Positions 7,252-15,583 of a stretch of DNA of 44,582 bases are shown here, in pieces. Source of the stretch: a virus (Duplodnaviria > Caudoviricetes); IMG/VR virus record IMGVR_UViG_3300005805_000148, positions 1-44,582 of that record; one strand, written 5' to 3'. The translations under genes were made by a program, and so were the position numbers. Each line of letters starts with the position of its first letter. Position 1 is the stretch's first letter. A model generated the notes under the pieces. The model saw only the letters and a list, made by a program, of their open reading frames with translations, was not told the DNA's origin and made no database searches.

Positions 7252-7476
7252 TTACTCCGTAAAGAGGTTTAGGAAGCCTGTGCCGTTTCCTTCAGGGTCA
7301 GCCATAACCAACGCCAAAGTGTTGTCTGTGAACTCAATGACGCAGGTTGGGTTGCTCGACTCATACCACATCAAATCGTCCATTTCTTCTTTAGTCACTT
7401 CGCGAACTAATTTAACTGTTTTGCCGACAATCTCGCTTGCGTAGTGTTTTTTCATTTGGATAATTGGACGGCTCAT
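7252..7476 (-). CDS. hypothetical protein
   Basis: ATGA-coupled to the upstream HTH gene; D.EGNG.G motif. Confidence 0.8.
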   Translation of the reverse strand: MSRPIIQMKKHYASEIVGKTVKLVREVTKEEMDDLMWYESSNPTCVIEFTDNTLALVMADPEGNGTGFLNLFTE

Positions 7477-7691
7477 ACTTTAATGCCCTCCAAGAGTTGC
7501 ACTGGCTTGATTGATAGTCCACGACATATGCGGAGGAATGTGTCAAGCGAAGGCGAGAAGTGTCCATTCTCTATTCGGTTAATTGTCTTTCGGTCAATGC
7601 CCGCCAATTTGGCAAGCCCGTCTTGCGAAAGTTCTTTCTTGAGGCGGAGTTCTTTAATGCGAACTGCTACCACTTTTGATTGCTTTTTCAT
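7473..7691 (-). CDS. XRE/Cro-C1 family HTH regulator
   Basis: RIKELR...LSQ..LA..AGI.RKTINRIENG...PSL.T. Confidence 0.92.
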   Translation of the reverse strand: MKKQSKVVAVRIKELRLKKELSQDGLAKLAGIDRKTINRIENGHFSPSLDTFLRICRGLSIKPVQLLEGIKV

Positions 7692-7790
7692 TATTGCCTT
7701 TCATTAGGTTGATGCTATTAAGTATAACAGCAATATTGTGTTCTGTCAAATTCCCTTGGGGCTGGGGGTCCAACCCCGTCAGGACGTCAA

Positions 7791-7946
7791 TTAGCGCTTC
7801 TTGAGGTAATTCTCAATTGCGGTCTTGATTACTGCAGACTTGCTTACCTTGTCTGTCTTCGCACGTGAGGCAATGTCTTTTGCCATCTCCGACGTAAGTC
7901 GGAATGCGATGAGTGGGTATTTGGTTTCTGATTTTGTTTTTGTCAT
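7791..7946 (-). CDS. ribbon-helix-helix (CopG/Arc-like) DNA-binding protein (not in ORF track)
   Basis: Manual translation MTKTKSETKYPLIAFRLTSEMAKDIASRAKTDKVSKSAVIKTAIENYLKKR; own promoter 7983-8011. Confidence 0.8.
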   Translation of the reverse strand: MTKTKSETKYPLIAFRLTSEMAKDIASRAKTDKVSKSAVIKTAIENYLKKR

Positions 7947-8039
7947 TGTTATCTCTTTTCTTGTTAGTTTATGACACTTTCAATTATATCACATTGTATG
8001 ACCAACCACAACCTATGTGCACGCATTTTTTGCGTGCCC

Positions 8040-8289
8040 GTGGTTAAGGGACGGTTATATGACGGTTAAGGGACGGTTAGGTGTTAACAATTTCCCGGGA
8101 ATCCTTACTGGCTTTGGCTTAAACAAATTCTTATACCATTTTCGGGATGTCAGGTAGTCACCAGGGGGTGTCCAGTTGTCACCCCTGGGGTGTCCAGTTG
8201 TCACCCCTAGGTGTCTATCTGTCACCACTTGTGTCTCGCGTCACATACTATATGTAGGGGGGTGTCTAGTTGTCACCCCCTACATATAG
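8040..8289. repeat. iteron-like repeat cluster, candidate replication origin
   Basis: GACGGTTA x3 at 11-bp period; 22-mer GGGGTGTCCAGTTGTCACCCCT x2 exact (8165-8208) plus four degenerate copies; 14-bp inverted arms 8248-8261/8276-8289. Confidence 0.8.
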
Positions 8290-8295
8290 GTATTT

Positions 8296-8949
8296 TTATT
8301 TACTGGAAAGCACCTGTTTCGCCCGGCTGGTCACCTTTTCGTTCCACAAATCAAAGTATTCGGTTTGCCAGTCCATCAACTTTTCGTAGAACAAATCAGT
8401 ATCGGTTTCATTCAGTTTTACTATCTCTGCTGGTATCGCAGGGGTCTCTCCGTCTTCTGCCATCAGTTGTCCGTTGCGGAAAATTGAATAGCAGATAAAG
8501 GCGTCGCTTTCCTCAGTTGACAAAACAGCAAAGGTCAAGCCTGAGAACAGTTCCGATATCTTTCGGATAAGTCCGTCAGCAGGGCTCCAAGCGCTGTCAT
8601 ATGTCGCCGAGAGATAGGTATCGCCAGGCGATAAATCATCTTCCTCAAACTCAAAATTGTTTGCGCCCCATTTAGAACCGTAATTATCAAGAGCCCATTC
8701 ATACCAGTCCTTGTATCCATACTTTTCTAAATTAGATTTTTGTTTTGCTATTTGTTTAGCCTGTTCTTCAGTATCTCCAAACCAACCAGCAACTGTGTTT
8801 GCTAGTTCGTCGGGGATAGGGAACAGTTGATTCAACGACAGGGATTTTCCGCTTTCGTTGGTCTCTTCCGTCTTACAGGCGAGCGTGAACCTTTTGAGTT
8901 CCTCGTAGTCGCCATATATATCCATTGTGTTATGACACCAGTTTGGCAT
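8296..8949 (-). CDS. DUF1281/YubB ferredoxin-like domain protein
   Basis: MPNWC.N, WYEW..DNYGSKW and DSAWSP motifs. Confidence 0.85.
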   Translation of the reverse strand: MPNWCHNTMDIYGDYEELKRFTLACKTEETNESGKSLSLNQLFPIPDELANTVAGWFGDTEEQAKQIAKQKSNLEKYGYKDWYEWALDNYGSKWGANNFEFEEDDLSPGDTYLSATYDSAWSPADGLIRKISELFSGLTFAVLSTEESDAFICYSIFRNGQLMAEDGETPAIPAEIVKLNETDTDLFYEKLMDWQTEYFDLWNEKVTSRAKQVLSSK

Positions 8950-9068
8950 CTCGTTTTCCTTTCATTGAGTTAATAAACATAGGGTGGCGCCGACTACGAC
9001 ACTCTTACTCTTTTATCATTGAGAACCCTACATCTACATTGTATCACTTTGTTATCGTTTTGGCAACT

Positions 9069-9152
9069 TTATTTGTTGAGTTTCTTTTGCCCTACAATTA
9101 CTGCGCCTATCAACACGATAAATAAAACAAAAACTATGCTTTTATCTCTCAT
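9069..9152 (-). CDS. 27-aa single-pass membrane peptide (not in ORF track)
   Basis: MRDKSIVFVLFIVLIGAVIVGQKKLNK; RBS AGGAGAG; ATGA overlap with the upstream stop. Confidence 0.6.
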   Translation of the reverse strand: MRDKSIVFVLFIVLIGAVIVGQKKLNK

Positions 9153-9418
9153 TGTTCGTCTCTCCTATATACGAGTTCATAACTTTCTATCCAGAAGTCG
9201 TTGCCGTTGTCTTTCTTCATCAACGATTTTAATTCCGTCTCCCCGTCTGGGCAGTAATAGGCAATTTCTTGGTCTTTTACCCCGAACGGGTCGTGAGTAG
9301 CGTCATCTACCCATTGACTAAAAGAGATATACCAAACACTGAACGCGTCAGGGTCGTTATCGTCAATATATTTAACTTCGCAGGTTGCCCCGACTGGATT
9401 GTTGTTTTTAGTAATCAT
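9149..9418 (-). CDS. acidic hypothetical protein
   Basis: Start re-assigned to ATG 9418; coupled to the upstream gene. Confidence 0.75.
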   Translation of the reverse strand: MITKNNNPVGATCEVKYIDDNDPDAFSVWYISFSQWVDDATHDPFGVKDQEIAYYCPDGETELKSLMKKDNGNDFWIESYELVYRRDEQ

Positions 9419-9657
9419 TGTGTATCTACGCCTCTCGCAACTGCGTCGAGATATTTTTTTATCAATAGAGAGATTATTTCTAGACACTCGTGGTCGGTAG
9501 CCCACTCGCCATCAACATCGTGGAGTGCTGATACTCCATCATAAACCCAGCCTGCAAAGCCACCATAAGCGTCTATAATCTCTTGTAGTTTGTCATCGCT
9601 TGTGAACGGTTCTAGATATCGTTCGTGCCATTGGTCTAGCGTAATTTTTGTATCCAT
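9415..9657 (-). CDS. hypothetical protein
   Basis: RBS GAAAGGAAA before ATG 9657. Confidence 0.75.
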   Translation of the reverse strand: MDTKITLDQWHERYLEPFTSDDKLQEIIDAYGGFAGWVYDGVSALHDVDGEWATDHECLEIISLLIKKYLDAVARGVDTQ

Positions 9658-9720
9658 TCTGTTTCCTTTCATTGTGTTTGTCTTACTTCAAGTGTATCAG
9701 TTTGTATTACGATTTGCAAC

Positions 9721-9748
9721 TTGCCGTAGGGAGCACCCACTACGGCAA
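9721..9748 (-). terminator. hairpin
   Basis: TTGCCGTAG-N10-CTACGGCAA between ORF 9826 and the next promoter. Confidence 0.5.
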
Positions 9749-9825
9749 GCCGAAACATTACAGCCACCAATATTGCCGTCTGAAATTAAATTACGCGCAG
9801 ATAGAGGTGGTGTGTAATGAAACCT

Positions 9826-10275
9826 TTACCACGACGAATGATAATAAAACTCCCATTCGTCGGGAATAGTCAAACAGCGGTCAATTATCTCAACCGTGTC
9901 TTTTAATTTTTCTAAATAATAATCGTCGTATTCGGTTCCACCAAAAAAGAAACCTGCCTGCGTAGGCAATTTAGTTTCTGCTGTTTTGGGGTCAAGAATG
10001 ATTGCTTCGCAAACCTTTTTTAATTCCTCAAGTTGCTCACGCCCGACATATGCCGTCCGACAGTCATCGTTGCCATCTTGGCAGTTGTCTACAAACCATT
10101 GGTGAACGGCATTGACTTTACGCCAATACCCCATACTCACCTCAAGATTGACAAATGGAAGATACTTCTCCATTGACGCACCAATCTTAGATACATCGCT
10201 AAGTTCCTTGAACTTGTCGGCTCCGAAATTAGGTGAATGATATTTTTTTGCGGACAGATACATATCTAATCCCAT
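9826..10275 (-). CDS. conserved phage hypothetical protein (MGLDMYL / YWRK.NA.H.WF type)
   Basis: Motifs MGLDMYL, YWRKVNAVHQWF, LPTQAGFFFG and terminal YYHSSW. Confidence 0.85.
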   Translation of the reverse strand: MGLDMYLSAKKYHSPNFGADKFKELSDVSKIGASMEKYLPFVNLEVSMGYWRKVNAVHQWFVDNCQDGNDDCRTAYVGREQLEELKKVCEAIILDPKTAETKLPTQAGFFFGGTEYDDYYLEKLKDTVEIIDRCLTIPDEWEFYYHSSW

Positions 10276-10392
10276 TGTGTTTTTCCTTTCATTGAGTTAA
10301 TTGCTTACAACACCATTGTATCACGATAGATTGAGTTTTGCAACCTTCTCTTGGATTATTTTCTATATAGCGAATCCGCTATATGCCCCTGT

Positions 10393-10450
10393 CCCGAAAA
10401 TATGGTGTTCCAGAAATATAGGATTTATTTAGGCGCAATCGTTTCCTTGG
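10393..10450 (+). repeat. ~58-bp tripartite element, copy 6
   Basis: Spacers 14 and 9. Confidence 0.95.
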
Positions 10451-10472
10451 CTGGCACCCGGCCCGCCGGTGG

Positions 10473-10850
10473 CTAAACCTTTGGCTTTAATGTAAGCCCA
10501 AAGGTTTCGCACACCACGAACGATTCGTAGCAGTCGGTTGGCGTATCGCCCCACGACATACCTGCTGTTAAATAAAAAATACGATTGTCATCAATGGTGA
10601 AAGAAGCGCAGTCTCTCCTACCGGAGGCAGAATACACTTCTTCTACACATTGCTTCAAAAACGCGGAAACATCATTTTGCTCTACAGATTGTGGTTCTTC
10701 GCCATACCACCGACTAATGCCACAGTGGTCCTCTAAGACCACTAGGACGTCTTCTAGCGAGCCATTCTCAAAGAGGCGCTCCACATTACCGAGAGCCTCT
10801 TCTTTGGTCGCCTGAATCTCATTGAGTGAGAATAGGAGGTCAGCACCCAT
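10473..10850 (-). CDS. hypothetical protein
   Basis: Start MGADL at 10850, coupled; TAGMSWGD.P motif. Confidence 0.75.
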   Translation of the reverse strand: MGADLLFSLNEIQATKEEALGNVERLFENGSLEDVLVVLEDHCGISRWYGEEPQSVEQNDVSAFLKQCVEEVYSASGRRDCASFTIDDNRIFYLTAGMSWGDTPTDCYESFVVCETFGLTLKPKV

Positions 10851-11161
10851 CAGATGACCCCGCTTTCTACGGGAAGTTCTATGTGGAAGTTTGTAATTTC
10901 CACCCACTGATGCATGTCTGTTTGCTTGAAGCCGTCTTCGCCCATACGTTCCGGGTGGGCTACGACGTAGAGCGTGTTCGGCTCACCGCACATATGAAAG
11001 TTGATGTCCCAACTTTCGGTGACGCTCACTGGGAGCGAATGCCAATCGTCAAAGTTTTCATACAAATCACTTGCGGGTATGTGAGCCACATAGCCTTCTG
11101 CGAAGGCTTTAACGACTCTAAATACTTCTGGGCGCATCTCTGGCGTAATTGTGCTTTTCAC
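10850..11161 (-). CDS. hypothetical protein
   Basis: Coupled ORF in operon. Confidence 0.7.
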   Translation of the reverse strand: MKSTITPEMRPEVFRVVKAFAEGYVAHIPASDLYENFDDWHSLPVSVTESWDINFHMCGEPNTLYVVAHPERMGEDGFKQTDMHQWVEITNFHIELPVESGVI

Positions 11162-11391
11162 AAAATACCTGCGTTCATATAAACTAAAAGTTGCTGGTGG
11201 GTGAGAAAAGGTAATACTGTGCCGTCTGCTAGTGCTTCGGCGTCGTATGGCTTGTCCCAGTTAAGGTGGTCTACGCTCACAACTTTGGTCACGTCAAAAT
11301 TGCCATAAGTAAGTGCGTCTTCAAGCGTTTTCGCTTCGACCACATACGAGATGTCAATATCAACTGATTGGCTAACTAAAAATTTTGTCAT
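11158..11391 (-). CDS. hypothetical protein
   Basis: RBS AAAGGAA; own promoter. Confidence 0.75.
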   Translation of the reverse strand: MTKFLVSQSVDIDISYVVEAKTLEDALTYGNFDVTKVVSVDHLNWDKPYDAEALADGTVLPFLTHQQLLVYMNAGIL

Positions 11392-11461
11392 TGTGTTCCT
11401 TTTCTGTTGGGTTATTTGCTTACTATCACATTATAGCATACTCTAAGATGTTTGACAACCT

Positions 11462-11674
11462 TTATAAACTTATTTCTTCGTTGTCTTCGTTTACAAAGGT
11501 CAAGTCGTGCCTGCTTGCCGGTGAGCGCATATCTTCATATGCCCACTCATAGACCAAGTTGCAGACTTCTTCGAGCGAGACCTCTAGGGTCGGGTCGTTG
11601 TTGATGTCCCGAATAGAGTTCTTTACTTCTTCAATGTCGTAGGTAAAGGTTCTTTGACAAATTATTTTACTCAT
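11462..11674 (-). CDS. hypothetical protein
   Basis: TAATG-coupled start at 11674. Confidence 0.7.
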   Translation of the reverse strand: MSKIICQRTFTYDIEEVKNSIRDINNDPTLEVSLEEVCNLVYEWAYEDMRSPASRHDLTFVNEDNEEISL

Positions 11675-11880
11675 TACTTCACCGTTACCCAAGCCATTGC
11701 AACCCGCAATAAATTGTCGTAGTCGCCCATAGTGGATTGTTCTGTGTATTCGGCGATTTCTTCAGCCGATACCTTTGCAGTTTTGAGCGCTTTTCTAACT
11801 GCGCCCATAATTGCAAAAGCGTTGCCGTCGTTGCCTGTGAGTCGAACTATGACTTCTGGATATTTAATTGTTGTTTCCAT
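11674..11880 (-). CDS. conserved small phage protein (G.DGNAFAIMG type)
   Basis: LTGNDGNAFAIMGAV...GDYDNLL motif. Confidence 0.85.
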   Translation of the reverse strand: METTIKYPEVIVRLTGNDGNAFAIMGAVRKALKTAKVSAEEIAEYTEQSTMGDYDNLLRVAMAWVTVK

Positions 11881-11882
11881 TG

Positions 11883-12227
11883 TTAGTAGCCTTCGTCTTC
11901 GTCTTCGTCTTCGTCGTGGGCGCCTTGAGGAATGAGGCTAGTAAAGCCTTCGTTGGGGTCAGCCTCGTTGGTGGTCACTGATTGAATAAATTTAAGAGAG
12001 CACGAGTCCTCATACCACTCTTGTAAAAGCGCAAACATTTCTTCTGGCGTCCCTACAAAAGTTCGGTCGTCGCAACCTTCGCCGTTGTAGTTTGCTTTGA
12101 ACCACTCGGCTTGAGTGTCGTCCATCGCTAAATAAATTTTATGACAGCCGTCAAAAGAGATGGATTTTGCGTATCGCACTTCTTCTTTGACATCGTGCCA
12201 GTAATCTTGCATTGTTGTTGTAGCCAT
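11883..12227 (-). CDS. hypothetical protein with acidic tail
   Basis: RBS GAAAGGAAAA; FDGCHKIY motif; DEDEDEDE tail. Confidence 0.8.
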   Translation of the reverse strand: MATTTMQDYWHDVKEEVRYAKSISFDGCHKIYLAMDDTQAEWFKANYNGEGCDDRTFVGTPEEMFALLQEWYEDSCSLKFIQSVTTNEADPNEGFTSLIPQGAHDEDEDEDEGY

Positions 12228-12290
12228 TGTATTTTCCTTTCTATTGGGTTGTTTACATTGTATCATACTGTAGCACAAAAAGCAACTTCA

Positions 12291-12605
12291 TTACGCTAAA
12301 AGATTGATTTCGTAACCTATATTTTCTTTTGCGGGATTAGCGGTTATGAAATATCCAATTCTGTTCACAAGGTGATACCCCTCGGTTACCAGTGCGCTGT
12401 TTTTGCCGTCCATATAAGTCCAAACGTGCAAAGGCGTTGCCTTAGCGCAATTGAGAACAAAGTTGAGTTCGGGCCCGTAAGTCTCAAACATCACGCCACC
12501 ATTGCCATCGTCAAACGAGGCATAAGGGTCAATGTGGTTGATTACCGGCTGATATTCATTACACCAGTCCTCAAAACTCATTTTGATTAAGTTGTCTGTA
12601 ATCAT
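12291..12605 (-). CDS. hypothetical protein
   Basis: RBS AGGAGA; FETYG, VWT and GYHLVNRIGY motifs. Confidence 0.8.
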   Translation of the reverse strand: MITDNLIKMSFEDWCNEYQPVINHIDPYASFDDGNGGVMFETYGPELNFVLNCAKATPLHVWTYMDGKNSALVTEGYHLVNRIGYFITANPAKENIGYEINLLA

Positions 12606-12606
12606 T

Positions 12607-12804
12607 TCATTCTCCTTCTAGTGGTTGAATGTCGTGCTTTGTGCACCAGTTGTCATAGCAGTTATCGCACAGAAACGTATCTTCTTCGTAGATACGTTCC
12701 GTGTTGTCGTCATTACTTCCGATAGGCGCAAGATTCCAGTCCTCAACCATTACGGCTTCGCACATAGCGCATATTTGTTGTCTTGGTTCTTTGTTTGTGT
12801 CCAT
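12607..12804 (-). CDS. small zinc-finger-like protein, probably leaderless
   Basis: CxxC...CxxC; ATG 7 nt downstream of TATAAT. Confidence 0.7.
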   Translation of the reverse strand: MDTNKEPRQQICAMCEAVMVEDWNLAPIGSNDDNTERIYEEDTFLCDNCYDNWCTKHDIQPLEGE

Positions 12805-12846
12805 ACACACATTATAGCATACTATAGCATATATAACAACTTGAGA

Positions 12847-13161
12847 TTAGTAGTAATCCCATCGGTATTCATCATTTTTGTTGTATACATCTAGGCTACA
12901 AAGTCCCACAATTTCTAAACTATCGCTGTCGATAATTCGCCAACAGCGATGGCAGACATAGTGCTTTTCGTCCCAACCCTCATTGATTGACGGAGGAACT
13001 ATTTCACCTATCTCATTACAGGTATAGAAGCCTTCCATGTTTGGTTGGTTGCCACATTTGCATACCCACCAGTCGGTTTCCTCCTCGATAATATAATCGC
13101 GAGAAATTGCTGGGTGAACAAGCAACATATCTGTCCAGTCTGGGGTGATTTTGTCACTCAT
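12847..13161 (-). CDS. zinc-ribbon-like hypothetical protein
   Basis: CKCGN...GFY.C...CHRC. Confidence 0.75.
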   Translation of the reverse strand: MSDKITPDWTDMLLVHPAISRDYIIEEETDWWVCKCGNQPNMEGFYTCNEIGEIVPPSINEGWDEKHYVCHRCWRIIDSDSLEIVGLCSLDVYNKNDEYRWDYY

Positions 13162-13409
13162 TTTCCACGACCTTTGCTTGCCCAATACTCGGCAACTTCT
13201 TTTTCTCGGTCGTCTGTTCCGTCAGAAAGAACGACATTAAAAGTGTTAAGACCATTTACTATTTTAAATTGGTTTGCGTGTGCTTCCGTGTCCCACTTCT
13301 TGGCTGCTTCGAGTGAGCCACAAGTTCCGCCTTGCTCTCCGCCCCAATCGGCGATAAACCTTCGGTAGTCGTTTTTGTTTATTTTTTGTAGTATCCATTG
13401 TGTTGTCAT
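13158..13409 (-). CDS. hypothetical protein, probably leaderless
   Basis: ATG 13409 lies 7 nt downstream of TACAAT. Confidence 0.7.
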   Translation of the reverse strand: MTTQWILQKINKNDYRRFIADWGGEQGGTCGSLEAAKKWDTEAHANQFKIVNGLNTFNVVLSDGTDDREKEVAEYWASKGRGK

Positions 13410-13495
13410 AAGTATATTGTAGCACACAATTCACTAAAAAGCAACCTGCCGATTAATAGTTTTATTTGAGACACTTTTGAACTTTTGCCTCTGGT

Positions 13496-13555
13496 CCCAA
13501 AAATATGGTGTTCCAGAAATATCGGATTTATTTTATACGCGGCGTTTCTTTAAGG
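13496..13555 (+). repeat. ~58-bp tripartite element, copy 7
   Basis: Spacers 14 and 9; preceded by GCCTCTG. Confidence 0.95.
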
Positions 13556-13786
13556 CCGGTCAGCCTCACGGAAGGTCAACAGCGCGCCGGTTTCTCGAAT
13601 CTGTTGTCTTAATTGTTTTGTTTTATCCGCGGGGATACATATGTGAGTAGTGACAGACCAGCCATCACCAACCTTGGCTTCGTGCAGTAAGACATCAGCA
13701 GTGTCATCAAACTTACGGATAAGAGCCGCCATAGCAACGCCCTGTTGATATGTCTTAAGTAAAATAAACAACGTTTGTGGTTGCAT
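13550..13786 (-). CDS. hypothetical protein
   Basis: ORF in operon; start uncertain. Confidence 0.55.
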   Translation of the reverse strand: MQPQTLFILLKTYQQGVAMAALIRKFDDTADVLLHEAKVGDGWSVTTHICIPADKTKQLRQQIRETGALLTFREADRP

Positions 13787-13795
13787 GGTCGAACC

Positions 13796-14038
13796 CTACC
13801 CGACCCAGCGACCAAAGACGGTGTAGCCACCTTCTTCTCGGCGAACAATCCATTCCGTGCCGGGATATCTTTTTTTATATTGTTGAGCCTTTGAGTGCCC
13901 GGTACGAGCAATATTGCCGGTGCAATAAACAGCCCACTCATTAGGTTTCTTTTTTAAGTTTTCGACAAAGTTTGCGACCTGAAACGGACTTCCGTTCTTA
14001 GGTCCCGGTGGTTGTCTAAATTCAGTTTTCTTAGCCAT
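13796..14038 (-). CDS. basic hypothetical protein
   Basis: RBS AAGGA before ATG 14038. Confidence 0.7.
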   Translation of the reverse strand: MAKKTEFRQPPGPKNGSPFQVANFVENLKKKPNEWAVYCTGNIARTGHSKAQQYKKRYPGTEWIVRREEGGYTVFGRWVG

Positions 14039-14061
14039 TTTTTTTCCTTGTTTTGTAATCA

Positions 14062-14568
14062 CTATGCATTCTTTTCTCTTGCTCTATCTTCTTTGGGGTC
14101 TCTAACTTCCCATCGTCCTCTTTGGACTTTTTTAAAGTACGGAGATGTCTTGGCGTAATTTAAAACTGTTTGATTAGAAAATCCACACACTTCCATTATT
14201 TGTTCGGTGGTGACTTCTTCGTATGTATTATTTTTAGCCCAGTCTTCAAGAGTTTTCCATTTGTCGGCCCGCTTAACAGGTTTGTCGTTTAGGACCTCCA
14301 ACAACTCTTGATTACCGAGAAAGGACGCGACGAGCACGCCTATGGACTCATCAGAGACGTTGTACTCCGCCAGGAACTTGACCGGGTTGCCTTGAGTACC
14401 ACGAGCCTGCCATATCTGAAGAACATAAAGTCCGCGCACGAGTTCCCCCATGCGCTGCATCTCTTCTTCTGGGACGCGGTATTTAGACCCGTGCTTCTCT
14501 GTGGCTTCGCGCCAGAGTTCTGCTTGGTACACAAAAACTGTTTCATCGGTTATCGCGTTTGATTTCAT
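14062..14568 (-). CDS. hypothetical protein with possible C-terminal winged-HTH
   Basis: RBS AGGAGG before ATG 14568; TTEQIMEVCGFSNQTV...F.KV.RG.W. Confidence 0.75.
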   Translation of the reverse strand: MKSNAITDETVFVYQAELWREATEKHGSKYRVPEEEMQRMGELVRGLYVLQIWQARGTQGNPVKFLAEYNVSDESIGVLVASFLGNQELLEVLNDKPVKRADKWKTLEDWAKNNTYEEVTTEQIMEVCGFSNQTVLNYAKTSPYFKKVQRGRWEVRDPKEDRAREKNA

Positions 14569-14570
14569 AT

Positions 14571-14813
14571 TTAATCGCTTCCTCCTGAGTAGATTCCGGC
14601 AATCATTGCTGCTCGCCAAAGTTCTCCACCACCCATATCGCCGGTGCACATCTCACAGATGAACGCGCCTCCTTCCTGCTCAATCAGAACAGGAGAAGGC
14701 AGCGCGCATGAATCGCAAGCCGCGCCGGGCTCGTGAGCCACAGTTACGGTGTAGGTGGCGATGGGGGTCGTTTTATTCTTGTTACGACGGGACCTAATTT
14801 TACTACGGGCCAT
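14571..14813 (-). CDS. small zinc-finger-like protein
   Basis: CDSC...CEMC. Confidence 0.7.
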   Translation of the reverse strand: MARSKIRSRRNKNKTTPIATYTVTVAHEPGAACDSCALPSPVLIEQEGGAFICEMCTGDMGGGELWRAAMIAGIYSGGSD

Positions 14814-15010
14814 ATGTGCTTAAATCCTCTCCATAATTGAATTGGTGTTGGTAGATACAAAAATGTCATCCACTTGATTGTGACGTGTAGAAAAATAAAA
14901 CACGGTATTAAAACGATTAAGACCAGCGCGACCGCCATTATCTCTGGCGGGAGGTTTGGAATTCCCACGGACATAAGGGCCGCAAGCCAAACAATTGACC
15001 ATTTCTTCAT
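14744..15010 (-). CDS. membrane protein
   Basis: RBS AGGAGG; hydrophobic segments. Confidence 0.65.
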   Translation of the reverse strand: MKKWSIVWLAALMSVGIPNLPPEIMAVALVLIVLIPCFIFLHVTIKWMTFLYLPTPIQLWRGFKHIWPVVKLGPVVTRIKRPPSPPTP

Positions 15011-15044
15011 TTGCCTCCTGTATTGTGTTGATTAGCATATTCTA

Positions 15045-15359
15045 TCATACGGTCTGCTTGCTCAGAAAACAACCTGAGCACGAAAGCCTGGCCATCTCAT
15101 AGCACGCATCTTTGACTGACAGTATTTTCTTGCCGCAATCTTCGCAGCGGTCAGCATTGCAGTGAAGCCAGTGTTCTAACCATTCGCCCGCTTGTTCGTA
15201 CATCAGGCCTTCCATCATCGGGGTGTAGTCGCCGGATTTAATGTCCGGGTACTTTTCCACGATGACGGCCCAGAATGCTTCTATGGCTGCTTCAACCGCG
15301 TCTTCGCTTCTTGCCTCGTCTACCAAGTTGGTAAACCGGTCTGCAGTATCTGATGTCAT
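15045..15359 (-). CDS. hypothetical protein with C-terminal CxxC pairs
   Basis: RBS GAAAGGAA; own promoter. Confidence 0.75.
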   Translation of the reverse strand: MTSDTADRFTNLVDEARSEDAVEAAIEAFWAVIVEKYPDIKSGDYTPMMEGLMYEQAGEWLEHWLHCNADRCEDCGKKILSVKDACYEMARLSCSGCFLSKQTV

Positions 15360-15516
15360 TGAATTCCTTTCATTAGGTTGATTTCATTGTAGCATGCTTT
15401 ATCACACGTCACAACCTCCCGCAAAAAATTCTTTTGACTGGAATCCCTCCGTAAAACTATGTATACTGACCAAAGGATAAAACAAATGTATTACTTTTTT
15501 ACTACCCTGCCCCTGT

Positions 15517-15577
15517 CCAAAAAAAATGGTGTTCCAGCCACCATGGATTTATTTTCGTTGCGCCGATTCTTTAAAGG
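15517..15577 (+). repeat. ~58-bp tripartite element, copy 8
   Basis: AAATGGT-N14-GGATTTATTT-N9-CGATTCTTTAA. Confidence 0.9.
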
Positions 15578-15583
15578 CTTCCA

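Noticed and set aside
11894-11915. (TCGTCT)n microsatellite
   Set aside because: Simply encodes the DEDEDEDE tail of ORF 11883-12227
60-14662. Plus-strand ORFs of the track in the left region (e.g. 60-359, 798-1241, 5455-5748, 6910-7212, 8211-8498)
   Set aside because: Antisense shadows of better-supported genes or read-throughs of repeat DNA; no RBS
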